From positions 16,120,001 through 16,184,000 of the forward strand of contig CM022679.1 in NCBI GenBank assembly GCA_012295275.1: a DNA stretch of 64,000 nucleotides. The letters run 5' to 3'. Shown piece by piece: positions 1 through 20,548 of the stretch (within the stretch, counting starts at the first letter, position 1; each line of letters starts with the position of its first letter). The notes below the pieces were generated by a model. It was not told the origin of the DNA and made no database searches. It saw only the letters and a list, made by a program, of their open reading frames with translations. The stretch is from Chrysomallon squamiferum. Taxonomy: Eukaryota; Animalia; Mollusca. Position numbers and translations under genes: made by a program.

Positions 1-328
1 CAACATAGCCATGGGGGATATTCAGTGAAGACAAAAACAAGATGTAAAATGTCGTCGATGACGTCATTGTCACAGCACTAAATACTTAAAACACAGATTA
101 ATAAATATCATAGACACGACATGCAGAATTTATATAGCTATAGAGAAATAAATGGTAAATGTCACAGACATATTTCGCCTCAGGCATTCCCGTAACTCTT
201 AGAGCTGGCCATAAACAACATGCGATGTACCGAAACACAACTAGTCAAGGACAAATGATAACACTTCACATTTATGGGATGGACATTCTCTAATGTTTCG
301 ATATTGCGCAGCTGACAAATATCCCTCT

Positions 329-394
<66 letters not shown>

Positions 395-594
395 TATATT
401 TATATTAAGAAAAGGATCTAATGTTTTATTTTTAGTATTTAATGTGCATTCTGTAGACTTCATTTTAAAGAAATTAGTAAATAAATACATACAAACTTAA
501 TTATTTTCTTTATAATGAAATTATAAATTATGAAAGGGAATTCCTACAAAGCAGCAGCTTCTCCTTTTTTAAAAATTCGTACCTGCTTAGTCTG

Positions 595-669
<75 letters not shown>

Positions 670-980
670 CACACACACATACACACACTCAAACAAACAC
701 CAACTATGCACACGTACACACGCGCACACAGACTCGCACACAATGTCTAGGTGTAATTGACACAGTATACATGATGGTAATCTTCACATTTATAATGACT
801 GTAATATGAAAAATAGGGATTACACTTGCAGTCTGATTTCTCAGTATTAAACAGATACACTGGTCCTTAATGAGATTCAGAGATCCGTCTGAGTAAAGAA
901 TATAATGAAATTAATTAGCAGAACTGCACGTTCAAATCCAGTGTAGTACGCATAAATAGTTAATACAGTATTTAACATTG

Positions 981-1334
981 CCAGGTATGTTATTTAATTC
1001 TCTTACTAATATTAGCAGGTATGTTATTTAATACTGTTACTAATATTAGCAGGTGTGTTATTTAATACTGTTACTAATATTAGCAGGTATGTTATTTAAT
1101 TCTCTTACTAATATTAGCAGGTATGTTATTTAATACTGTTACTAATATTAGCAGGTGTGTTATTTAATACTGTTACTAATATTAGCAGGTGTGTTATTTA
1201 ATTCTCTTACTAATATTAGCAGGTATGTTATTTAATTCTCTTACTAATATTAGCAGGTATGTTATTTAATTCTCTTACTAATATTAGCAGGTGTGTTATT
1301 TAATACTGTTACTAATATTAGCAGGTGTGTTTAT
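981..1334. repeat. 34-bp minisatellite, ~10 copies
   Basis: Unit gcaggt(a/g)tgttatttaa(ttctc/tactg)ttactaatatta, period 34 (1015, 1049, 1083 ... 1321), with no spacers. Confidence 0.95.
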
Positions 1335-2905
1335 GCTTATAATAATGATTTCGATAATGAAGTTGTTAGCGCGAATTTCCATTGATACAAAATACATAAG
1401 ATGTAAGAAAAGAAGCTCGATACCTTCATTATTATTAAATACTTTGACTTTTAAGATTTATCTGTTCCTTCCCTGCACGAGGTGTAGCTGGGCTTGACTT
1501 TGCCCTGAGAAAAAAATATCCTCTTGTAAAAAGTTAATTTTGCATTTTCAGCTCTTTGATGTTCTTCCCATGATAACCAGTTTCCACAAATTCTTTGTGA
1601 AAATTATATTTTCTTTGTTTTCCCTAGCTTGGAAACTGAGACGATATATTTAGGCTTTACATGGAAACATTCTGAAAATCTGAGAATATATTTTTTATTT
1701 TTTATCTGCCCGATTATAAGTTAAAGCTGCATGTGTATCGCCGTTGTCCACAATTTTTACTTCTAAAGCCTTTCCTGCCATCAGTCTTTCCGACCAAAAG
1801 AGGTCACATGATAATAATTCAACAATACATTCCTGAATGTCTCTAAAGCACAATACACTTCTTGATACTTAAATGTGAATTAAATAAATTAAATGATATA
1901 CATTTGTAAGGACTTATTCAATAAAATCAAATTATTACATTAAAAAAACATTAGGCCTTCATGTAAAATAAATGACTTTCAAAAGCACTTCCCGATTTTA
2001 TCTCGTCTAAAAGAGATTACGGACTGTCAGTGTCCGCAAACCCAAGCCTGTATTACACACTACGAAACATGTTTTAAGATGGTTTTATTCCGTGCTAAAA
2101 GATTGCTGAACTGTAAAATCTAGTTTATAATTAAAACATAATAAATCAAATAATTGTAAATAATTTATTAAAAGACTTCAAAATGTACAAATTTCAGTAA
2201 CGATCATACAACCGGAATAGCAATGTTACTCTACAGTAAATAGATTAACTTCGATATGATCATGCAGGTATGAAGTATTTACAAACTAGTACGCACGTAT
2301 GCAGGCACCCGCACATCCATACAAACACAAAAGTTATGTACACACGTCCCTACATTCATATACATACATTACATGTAAATAAAAACATACACGTAAATAA
2401 AAAAAAATGTAATTTTCATATTCACACTCACAGACATACACATATTTAAATAAACCAATAGTATCGTTATATATAAAATACATATCTAACTAACTTTGAT
2501 ACTGATAAACTTAAAGGTACGAATACATATTATTATGTACATGTATTAACATCATAGCAGCAACCCAGTAGGTAATGACAGCAATCGCGTAAAGCGAAAC
2601 AGCATCAGTATATCGCTTCATGAATAATGATAAAAAAATAAAGAAAAATAAAGAAAAATGGAAAGGAAAAACTGTCGTTGTGTAATCAAAAAAGAAATAA
2701 TAGACAAATAAACAAACAGACAAACAAACAGATACTAAATAAATAAATAAATAAATAAATATGCAAGCATAGCTATTTCAAACAATCTGGCAAACTACTC
2801 ATTGTCAGTAAGTCTTGAAAGATACAGAAAATTACACAGTTCTGGAAATTACACTATTCTAAATTACATCGGTAACAAAAAGAGAAGAGAGTCTGTGAAA
2901 CAGTT

Positions 2906-8258
<5,353 letters not shown>

Positions 8259-8339
8259 CCTGCGCTGCACCTGAGACAATCAGAGAACAAAATGAAGAAA
8301 CACCGGTCTTCCAGCAGATGTAATTAAACGCTTTGAAGA

Positions 8340-8700
8340 AACGGCTCTTTTTATTGGCTGACAGTCGGAGACGGCTGACGCGAATTTTCAACTCAGTCGC
8401 CGTGTTTCGTATGGTTTGGAATCTAAACTTCAGACGCACGCCCGTCAGTCAGTCAGTCAGACCGAATTAACCAGTAATACATTAACCCAAAACCATTTCT
8501 GCTGAGTGGAATCAACACAACAAGCGATCATGGTGTTTGCGAAGATAAACCTGGTGGTTACGGCTTTCAATACCGATTGCAAAGCACCAATCAGAAGAAA
8601 AAAGACAAAATAAATGGACTTATTCTCGTCGCCTCTCTGTCCTAGTAAAGTTGGTATCAGCTGATTACATCTGTCCTAGCGGCTGACAACTAGTTCGAAG
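8340..8700 (-). promoter_or_regulatory. Putative promoter/5' UTR region of the GTPase gene
   Basis: GC/CpG-enriched island immediately 5' of the ATG exon, with CCAAT-type boxes (attggctga at ~8353, ccaatcag at ~8587). The TSS cannot be determined from sequence. Confidence 0.4.
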
Positions 8701-8844
8701 GAAAGATGAGAAACTGTAGCAGTATAAGGAGATGATGCTATATCTTTTTAGTAACGCGACACGAAAGATATTTTCATATGTAAATCAACATGAATTTTAA
8801 CTACAGAAATTCTGTTAGTGTTTAGTGCATTTAAAGTACATGTA

Positions 8845-8875
<31 letters not shown>

Positions 8876-10632
8876 GTTAAATGACAATTTATCCCAGAAT
8901 TTTTTTTTTTATTATTTTTTTTTAATTTATTTATTTATTATTATTATTATTATTTAATTTATGCGTTTGGATATTTATTGTTTTTTGGGGGGTTGGGGGA
9001 GTGTTTATTACTTTTTGTGTGTATGACTGTTACACGAATTTGCTTTGTCAAACTTCACAAAATATTCCCTCAAACATATTTTTACAAATTCATTATTCCC
9101 CGTTACGGTGACATAACATTTTGCGGCTGACCTTAATTTGCAGTGTACATGTAGCGAGTCTAATGAGAACTTTATATTTTTACTTGTAAGATGTTATTTG
9201 ATGTACATTAAAGAATCACTCAATCCAAACATCAGAACTCTTCTGTTTCTAGTTTTGTTATAGAATATTTAATTAATAAAACAATAAAAATACGTTGAAA
9301 CTTGACATCTCACTGACTCAAAATGCATAATACTAAAAGACTAATTGGTGAAATTTGGAAGAAAATAATAATTATAATTTATTTATTTATTTATTTATTC
9401 ACTTACTTATCTACTTACTGTAGATAGATAGATAGATAAACAGAAAGATGTATTTATTTATTTATTGTTTTACGATTTCAGAATGGGTTTAGAAAAAGAA
9501 GTTTAGATTGCTTGTCCAAAATGAGTCCATTAAAAGACAGTTAGTTATTACAGTGTCCTTGCAGCCTTGTGTGTGAAAGCTAAAACCAGATAAACGATAC
9601 ACGTCCTATTAGCTATAGCTTTACGTCTGTTCACATGTTGTTTGTTAGAAACATTTTCACAGATTAATAAAATACATTATCAAAAAAGTTTTAACTGCGA
9701 AATAAAAAACACAACAGAAAATAAAATTCTGTCTAAAATGAGCATCGCCACAGTTATTAAAAAGACCAATCTGTCTTTGCCTTTGGCTTTAATTTTGGAG
9801 GAATTAATTGCTGATATTACCTTCAGCTGAAAGCTAGGTATTTTGATTACTCTGAATCACTAGCTATCCATATCTGTTATTCAGTTTGCCTATTCAGCAC
9901 TATTCTTAAAAAAAAAAAAAAATTCGTTATATTAAAAGCACGCTAAACGTACCAAGCTACAAAACAGTTCCATTTTAACGATTACGATTTACAGTAAGAA
10001 TTTAACACATTTTCGTAGAAACAGCTTTCAGCCTAATCATGAAGCGAAACAAAACACTGAACTCACCTGCAGCGTTACGCTGTTACATGTACCCGTGTTG
10101 TAGCTGCAGACAGTCGCACCAGGTGTTCAAGAGATTCTTCCTGAACGGAAGTATCGACACGCAGTTTGAGACGACGAGAAAAGCAAAAACCTGTGGATGG
10201 ATTAATAAGTATCTCGCCCAAGTAATTTAAGCATATATTGATTGCCTGGTGCCATGCCGCTGTTAAAGATCTGACAGGAATTAGCGAAACAGATGACAGG
10301 ACATTACTGTTCCAAGACGGAGAAACCCTCTGAATGCCGCAATTCTGACCTAACGTCTTTTAAAAACTTCTAAAAATTACTTTTAAAACTGGCATTTACA
10401 TCAGAGCTTTTCGTTTTTAAAACCGTTACTGCTGTTATTCTTCTAATTATTATTATTCTTACCACTGCTACGTCTACTACTACCGCCTCTTTTTACCAAT
10501 ACAGCTACCGCTACTATTACTAGAACTACTACTACTACTACTACTGCTACTACGACTATTATTATTACTGTTATTTCTGATATTATTTGTTGTTTTCGTT
10601 GTTTTCTTTATTTTCTTCTTCTTCTTCCTGTA

Positions 10633-10667
<35 letters not shown>

Positions 10668-11058
10668 AACTGAATCATGATTGCTAATCGGAGAAAAACT
10701 AAATATCGTGTTTGCTTTATCATCATATGTATGTTCTTTGACAATACGTAAAGCGTTATATCAGCTGTGCGTTTCAAAATGAGTTGACTACGTCTGTTTT
10801 AACGGCCAAGACCCTTATATAACTTGTCAAACGAGAAAAATGAGAAAGTCCTATTCGTACAGAACGGGGAGATAGAAGACTATGTCCCAGTGTGGTGAAA
10901 TCAGAATGTCGAATGAAATTCGCTGAAATACTGAGACTATCACTGCTAGTGCGGTAACGATATCGTTACAGAAATCAAATTGTTTTAAAAATATAGTTCA
11001 GTGTTAAATTACGTCCTCCTTTCCAGGAACTGGTTTATCTATTTATTTTTTATTTATT

Positions 11059-11124
<66 letters not shown>

Positions 11125-11574
11125 TAATTTGTTTTGTATTTGTATTTTTATTGTATATTATATGTTTTCTTATTAATAATATTTATTTATTTACCGATTT
11201 ATTTATTTTAATTTATTTAAAAAAAGAAAATCTGCCATCGTACTTAGTTTTTTCACACTTTATAACATTACTATTACAGATGAGAATAATCAGTATCCGA
11301 TCAACACGACTATCATCTTGAACAATGACTTCTAACAGCCTCTACGTAGATTTACTCAGCACTGTAGTTAGAATACACAGACATAGAATCTGCCGTTATT
11401 GCTTCTCATGAGACTAGATGTTGTTTTTCTTTCTGTCTACAGTTGCATTAGAAAAAAAGTGAAAAACAATAAATACTTTCACAGTTTACAATGTTTCTGT
11501 ACTTAAACAAAAAGAAGAAAAGGTATGCGATAGGAATAGAGAGAGAAAGAGGAGGAAGACACCGAGGAGCAGAG

Positions 11575-11640
<66 letters not shown>

Positions 11641-11851
11641 TATGTGAGTATCTCTAGGAAGTAATCTGAAAGGACTACAACAATAATCTTATTAATATTT
11701 TTATTCTTTTGTTTATTTATTTATTTACCAATCTCTCTTCCCATGGTCTCTCTCTATCTATCTGTCTATCTATCTATCTATAAATATCTGTCTCTTCTAT
11801 TCGATGTTTTGTTTTCCTCTTCTTTCTTCCTTCTTGTCATTATTATTAATT

Positions 11852-11905
<54 letters not shown>

Positions 11906-12701
11906 ACAGTAGTAGTAATGAAACATGAAATATTATATGTATCAGCCTCTTTTCCGAAATAAGAAAATAATTAAACAAATTATGCTTTGATTTCCCTCTT
12001 CACTTCGCACATATTTTCGAAAATTCACTTCTTTGTAAAATACTAATATAACATTAACGACAATTGTTACATAAAACACGTAGTTTGTACTCATTGTCTT
12101 TTTCAAAAAATAACTTTTTCTTTTTTTATTTATATATTTTTTATTATTATTATTATTTATTTTTTCTTGTTTTGTCTTTTATTTATTGTTTTTATTATTA
12201 TTATTATCATTTTTTCTTCTTTTTTTTTGTTGTTTGTTTATTTTTTTTCTCCTTCTTTTATCTTTTTTCTTTCATTTTTTTTTTTTTTTTTTTTTTCTTT
12301 TTTTTTTGTTTTATTCGTTTTATTTAATTTTTCTATTGTTTCTTCTTCATGATAAATTTGTTTTGGTTAGTTCAGATATTTCATCCAATTTTATGTGAAA
12401 AGTGAAATAAAAAGTGGAGTACTCTATCGATTAAACGACAAATCTGAGGAAGAACAAAGAAATAACGAGAGACAAGCGAAAAGCAGAACTCTTTGAATTC
12501 TGAGACATCGTGGATATTTTGATTATTTTAGAAACATTAAGAGGGCTGAACTCAGTTTAACCTCAATTAATATCAGTGCAACAGAGCCACACATGCAGGG
12601 CTCAGTGTTTAAGAACGGGCGGAGGCCAAGGCAATCAAAACCACAGGTGCCTTATCTGTATGACATATGCAGACACCAATTTTATGAAATATAATAATAA
12701 C

Positions 12702-12741
<40 letters not shown>

Positions 12742-12803
12742 TCATCATAAACATAATAATTAATATTATTGTTATTATAATTATTATTATTATTATTATT
12801 ATT

Positions 12804-12884
<81 letters not shown>

Positions 12885-15189
12885 TATATTAAGGAAAGGA
12901 TCTAATGTTTTATTTTTAGTATTTAATGTGCATTCTTCATTTTAAAGAAATTAGTAAATAAATACATACATACTTTACACTAAAAGATTTTTGTTTCGAA
13001 TTTCCAAACTGCGGAAAAAATAGTTCATCAATATTTATCTTAATAGTAATAGTAGTAGCAGCAGTAATATTAGTAGCAATAAAAGTAATACTATCAATAA
13101 TATTAGTAGCAGCAGTATTAATAATAGCAGTGTTGTCTATAATCATCTTGAACAATACAAAAAAATCAGTTAGTTTGGTATACACTTACGTTTAAGTTCT
13201 GGATGGGGTTTAAGTAAATCATTTTGTTTACTCATGCAAAATATCAATAATTTCAGATGTTTACAATTCCCTGCTCTACTTCCTCACTTTGGATTCGTGT
13301 TTAATTCGTATTATTTAAAGCATGCACATCTCAGCGACGGAAGTTAAGTGGTGGTAAATTCAAAAGAGTTCCATTTGCTGCTGTCCCCGTATTTATTAGA
13401 GTACACGAAGTATTTACTGATTTTAAACTGTTAACATATTGCATTTCACCCAGTAATGTTTCAGTTAAAATCTTCTGAGATGAAGGCAAAGACTAAATGA
13501 GTGATATTAGTATATGGTTCTGTTGTTCAAATACATTACTATCAGCAACAATATATATTTTTTAAACATTTATTTTGTTATGTTTGAGTATAAAATTTAC
13601 AATAAGCACCTCAGTGCGTTTTAAAATAAGCGTCATGTCTAATTTGATAGATTGGTTTTACTTGTCATCGAGTTTTGATTTCAAGAGTAATTAACACATG
13701 GAATGCATCCATGAAAAAAACAAAATTCCTTTAAATAGAATATATTTCTGTGTGTGTGCAACTAAAAAATGATGGGTTATTGATTACCGTTGAAATGCCA
13801 GAGTTCATTTAAATATTTAAATAAACATTAAGGTCTCTAGTTTGATGAAAATCTCCAATCACTGGTGTAAAAAAAAAAAATGTATGCAGCCGAAGTTCCT
13901 AACTGAATTAGAATTAGTTTCAGAGCGAGAGATCGATGGGATAATGATCAAACGGACTTTATGGATAATTCCTCACATATTCTCTCGGTTTTTTTCACCT
14001 AATGATCCATTAAACAATGTTTGCTAGACTGATATTCCTTTAAGAAGTCGCAGTTGTGCTAAATAAAGATTTTAATAGATTGCTAAGGTTTTAAAATATA
14101 TATATCTGTCTGTCTGTCTATGTATCTGTCTAATCTATGTATTTATCTTCTTTCTTTCCTTTTTTTCTTCTTTTCCTTTCTTTTTTTCTTCTTTTCCTTT
14201 CTTTTATTTTTTTTTTTTTTTTTAATTTCGTTTTATAATTATTTTTGTGCAATATATATTGATTATCTCTTTATCACTGCAACTGCGAGCACGTGCTAGA
14301 ACGGGCCAAATAATGATATTTTTATGGGTCTAAAAGTATAGAAATTTTTTCTGAAGTTGTTACAAAAAAAAAATTTGACGCCAGCAAATCTGCTGAATGT
14401 GCAAAGTCGAATTTGAATTTAACCTAATAGAAAGCAGTGGTTACGTAGATGGTTACATTATGTATTAACTATTTGAAGACAAACATAGGCATAGGTGTTT
14501 CTAAACGTGTCTTTTTAAAATAGTTTAGACATTTCGTTGTTGTTGTTGCTGTTTGTAACAGTATTATGTCGTCTTGTGATAGACAAGACACGAGCTTACA
14601 TTTACAAGTTATTATTTCAGTTTTTAATAACATCGATCCACAACAGCAAAACATGCATCTGAAATGACAAAAGACTAAAACAACAGATATCCTTAACTAG
14701 TTATCTTTATGTTTTGTACGAAATTTTATAACTTTAGAAAACAACCGACTCTTTTATGATTGTCAGTACTTTATTGTTACCAAACATTAGTCGCCACAAT
14801 CATAACAACAAACTGGAAATACACAAAATATATTTTGACTGTTTGTTCGTGCCACACTAAGCATGTTTTAGTTAAAACAAACCCTTCCTCCAGCTCCCCA
14901 AAGGCAACATCTCTAATAAAAGTCTGAATTCATTTCCTTCGTTATAATCAAAACCAAATCCAATTTAAGCGCACGAGATCCTGAAATACTGTGTACGGTT
15001 TATGACATTCTTTGTCTTACCGATAAATATGCTTTTGCCAGACTTAATCATCGATCAATACCTAATCACACACGTCGCGTTGACGGACGGACTGAAGGTA
15101 TAATTTTCAACTCCTGTCGAAGATAGCCAGACGATGTGTTAAAAAGTAGACCAAAGGTGAGATGCATTTTCAAGACATAAGTCAGTTTA

Positions 15190-15673
<484 letters not shown>

Positions 15674-15674
15674 C

Positions 15675-16011
<337 letters not shown>

Positions 16012-17792
16012 AATTTACAACAACAACACTATTACCGTAAAATAATTCTATTAACGGTGAAATTTATGTATACACATAAACATGTTGTCCAGGTAAAACA
16101 GCCGCTAATACACTCTTCATAGATCAATGCCGTAAAGCTATTTGTGTGTGTGTGTGTGTTTTTATTACTATTGCCGTTAAAATATACCGAATCGCCAACA
16201 AACAAATTAATGTTGGTTTCATGACACTTAAGCAATTTGCATTGTCAGCGACTCTGTCAGGTTTTATCAATTAGTAGAAACAGCGTTTTACATACATCTT
16301 CGTGCAGTGCGAAATCATACAGCAGAAGAACATGTGACAGTCCTGCCATGAAACAGAAGACACTGAAGAGGACTGATATCGCGACCTTTCACGTTTCATT
16401 CTTGCTGTCAAACAATTCAGTTGACTTGGTTCTGAAATTGCCATGATGATCTATCGAAGCGCCAGAGAAAAGATCGCGTCATTGCTAATAGAAATGCAGC
16501 AATGACCTGTCGAGTGAACTGGTCATTGATCTGTAATCAGCTTCTCTGTCCGGGGAGCAGCACTGCCCATTAACAACTCAACTGCGTTCACTTTGGTTGA
16601 AGGAGGTCTCTGATATTAAGGCCATTGTCTTGTCGAACATTTTAGAACTATTTTTACACTAACGTATGCTGGTTGTTATTACTGAAATAAAAACACATTC
16701 AATTTATAATTATGTCGGCTGGAATGTTATCTTCAAAATAAAATAGTTATTTGTGAGAGTACTTTTAGTAAAAAGAAAGAGAAGGCGGTGTATTAGTTTG
16801 ACGATCCTTCTAATTTCAAACAACTAGAGATTTTCTACTTGCTTTATTTTCATTTTAAAGTGCATCAAGAGTATTTCCGTTTTGTTTTTCCTTTCTGAAC
16901 TTTTTAATTATAGGACGGTATGTGGTAATTCCTAAGATTAAAATAAATCTATTAGCAATCTATAGAGTCAAAGATAAAGAAAACCAATGAACAACCAAAA
17001 TAAAACAAATAAATAAATTAGGACTTCTTTTTTTTTAAATGTGTTTTCGGAATGTAGGCGTCTTTAGACAATTAATAAAATTGAGGAAAAATAATAATTA
17101 AATGTTGTCACTGAGAGAAAGATGATATTTTTCAGCAATATTGGAATAACATTTTTAAAATGAGGTTTTCTTTTATGTTCTCTGACATGACTGATTAACT
17201 GCTGAAACGAAGTGGAAAGAATCAAACGAAATAAAAAATGTGACGGAGAAGATCGCTCTTTGGATGATGGTTTAACTTCTTCTTTCACGATTTTTTATTT
17301 TTGAATTATTAGTATTTTTTAACTATGGACGTTCTTATATAACCTCTGATGCCTTTAAAGCTGAATTTAAAAAAAAATTAAATAGGCATATTGATACATT
17401 TTTTAATACTATTATAATGTTCTATTGTCCATCTACATTCATCATCAGATATTATTTTTTGGCCATTACAGATTTTGTATTACTATTTACTTATTTATTT
17501 GTTTGTTTGCTTGTTTATTTGTTTCTGTCTGGAATAATCTAAAATTACAAATGCGAACTGAATTACTACGAACTCTACTTAAATTAATAATAGTTTGATG
17601 TATCGCATTATGTGTCTGATAAAAATACACTAATAATGGGCATCGATTTGGTCAGACAGCTGAGACTACTGGATCAGACAAATGTGACGTAAATTGATTT
17701 TCAGTGGATGTAAAGATGTTTGTAAGGTTCGCTGACTTATCTCAACAGAGTGCTTCAGATGCTGTAGAGTAGATCGCCACGTATCAATTTCA

Positions 17793-18942
17793 TAGTCCCG
17801 TAGGAATCGGATGCCCAAAGTAAGATAGTGATTGATTTGACTACATTTTGGGAATGAACTAAACAAAAAATCTTAAGTAACAAATATTTAGTCACCCATA
17901 AGGCCCAAAATCTAAAATGGCCGCAGTGACTTATGGAAGAGACAGAAAATGACATATCTCTGGAACTATTGGACCAACTACAATTATGTTAGACTCTGTT
18001 GTAGGGTTTTCAAATATGCCTGATAACCTGAAACATGTTTCTGGTCAATAGTAGGTCAAGACTTGCAAGACTTTTTTACTATTTTCAAGCCGAATGGAGG
18101 TCAAAGTTATGCAGCAAGGTCAAAACAAAGGTCATCATGATGAATATTGAATAAAATCAATGTATAACAGTTATGTCATGTCACAATTTTTTTTTTTTTT
18201 TTTTTTTTTTTTGAAGCGGGGGTAATTTACAACCAATCATTTACAACTGAAATTAAATTTGGCAGCCTGATGATAACACGATCAAGTGAGACCTCATCTT
18301 GTGTAATGCCCGCAAGACGTTCAATCCCACAAACTTGACCTTACTTCTGAAGAGGCGCATCAAGTATTGCATAACACTTGAAGAGGGAACAGGCAGGTAC
18401 ATTCGTCAGATGACATTCAACTCTTCTCGAATGGCAGCTGCGGAGTAAACGGCGATCTCAACAGCAAGTCTTGTCTAGTGCATTTGCCTTGAGATACTTG
18501 TCCAGTCTGTGTATGGCAGCAAAGAAAAGATGCGTCTCGCTTGCTCTAAGAACCAGAGATTGCTCCGCACTGACTGCTGGATTTAATTCACTGTTTATCA
18601 TATCTGACTTTTGTTTTAACCTTTCTGCATTACTTTTATCTCCAATAGACGTGAAAGCAATCAAAAACGACCTTTACCGTGACCGTCTTTTATGACCTTG
18701 ACCTTCTATCGACCTGAAACATGTTCCACATTATCAAGCATGTTTGAAAGCCCTACAGAAGTCTAACATCATTGAAGTTGGTCAAGTTAGTTCCAGAGAT
18801 ATGGCATTTTCTGTATTTTCAATGAACAGCAGCGGCTATCTTTGATCTAAAAATTTGTTACCTAAGATTTTGGTTTAGTTCATACCCAGAAGAAGTCAAA
18901 TCAATCACTACCTAATTTCAGCATCCGATTCCTATAGAAGTA
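17793..18942. mobile_element. Non-autonomous DNA transposon with ~250-bp imperfect terminal inverted repeats
   Basis: 17801-18060 (taggaatcggatgc...gtgattgatttgact...catatctctggaacta...gaaacatgtttctggtcaatagtaggtcaag) is the reverse complement, with scattered mismatches, of 18697-18934 (cttgaccttctatcgacctgaaacatgtt...tagttccagagatatg...agtcaaatcaatcacta...gcatccgattccta). The ~640-bp core has no intact ORF and no target-site duplication was resolved. Confidence 0.8.
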
Positions 18943-18958
18943 CATCTCAATCTTTATT

Positions 18959-18989
<31 letters not shown>

Positions 18990-20508
18990 TTATTTTTATT
19001 TTTTATCTATTATTTTTTATTATTATTATTGGTTGTTGTTGTTGTAATTAATAACTGTTTCATTTAATAGAAACATGTATTGTTTCATATATCATCTATA
19101 TTGCACTGAAGATCTTAATCAACTCGACAATATTAATAACACTCACGATCTCACCCTAGTATTAATAAAATTCAGAAATTGGTACGCGGCCTGTACAGAA
19201 TCACTGTTTGTGATCAAATGGCTGAATGTAATTTGTTTAGAGGTAACAAAACCTCGTTGAAACATGCCATAAAACTGTGGGTTCTTGCAGGTTATTGTTG
19301 TGTGTATCGCGCACTGTTTTGAACGTGGAATAACATCGTAAAGCAAAGATGAGATTGTGCGATGCCTGCGAAGAGATAATATTCACAAGATCATCTCACT
19401 TTTTAAATCAGCCCTCCAGGGACCTCCATGTAATTGTTCACACAAGCCTTACAATCAAGTGCGCCCATTACTGCGGCGCACTTTTAAGCTTTGCGCAAAA
19501 CCGCCATTGGCGGAGATACGAAAGAATATAATAATTTTGTATGTTTCTGATGCGTGGATTATCGATCCTGGAGCCGTAACTTTCAGGATGTCGGTGAAAC
19601 CTCCTCAGTTATTGACAGCATTTGTAACCCTCAGGGGAACATTTCAACATGTCTGTTACGGGTAAATCTTGTAACAAACACGACACTGTTTTTTTGTTGT
19701 TTTTTTGTTGTTTTTTTGTTGTTGTTTTTTGTTTGTTGTTGCAGCTGGTGAAAAAAACAATTGTAATAAAAGAGGATTTATTAATATGATATGTTCGTAT
19801 TGCGCGTTCTGTTATAAACTATATTAATATTAAGACATTTTGTTTAATGGGAGGTCGTTGCTTATTTGAAGGCTGCATATTTTCTTTAAATTTGCATATA
19901 TTATATTTTTTTAATCTTTTATTTATTATTCTGTGCGTATTTTTAGACTTATTATGAGATTCCTTTACATATAATAGTGTTGAATCATATACACATCAAA
20001 AAAAAAAAAAAAAAAAAGTCATAAACCAGAATTAAATTCGTAGACAACTGGTGTGCATTTTTCTGCCTGGCAGTTGATAGTATCGGTAAATTCCGTTAGA
20101 ACTGAAGCTATTTTCGGAAGAAAATCCAATTTGCCAACATGATGAAAGCTTTACCATGAAAGAAAGAAAAATAAAACATTAATGAAAATAGATAATTTAA
20201 GAGTTTTTAATCGCCTTTTTGTTTGATGGTTAACACCAGGTTATTGGTAAATTTGCCGGTGGAAATATATCTTCTCTGGATTGGAAATATTTTTCGCACA
20301 AGCGACTCTAGTGTGAAAATAGTTTAGGGTTTCATCGATTGAACAAATTGACTATGAACGCTTTTCAGTCCTGGGGTTACCACTTTTTTCTCTGAGGAAA
20401 AATAAGTCCATAATGTTTCTATTTTCAAACATAATAAAACTTTAATATTTAAATATATATTGGGTTGTTTGTTGTTTTTGCTTTTATTATTATTTTATTA
20501 TTATTATT

Positions 20509-20548
<40 letters not shown>

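Noticed and set aside
981-1334. 34-bp repeats with an internal palindrome (ctaatattag) resembling a CRISPR array
   Set aside because: Units are head-to-tail with no unique spacers, there are no cas genes, and the context is eukaryotic; it is a minisatellite.
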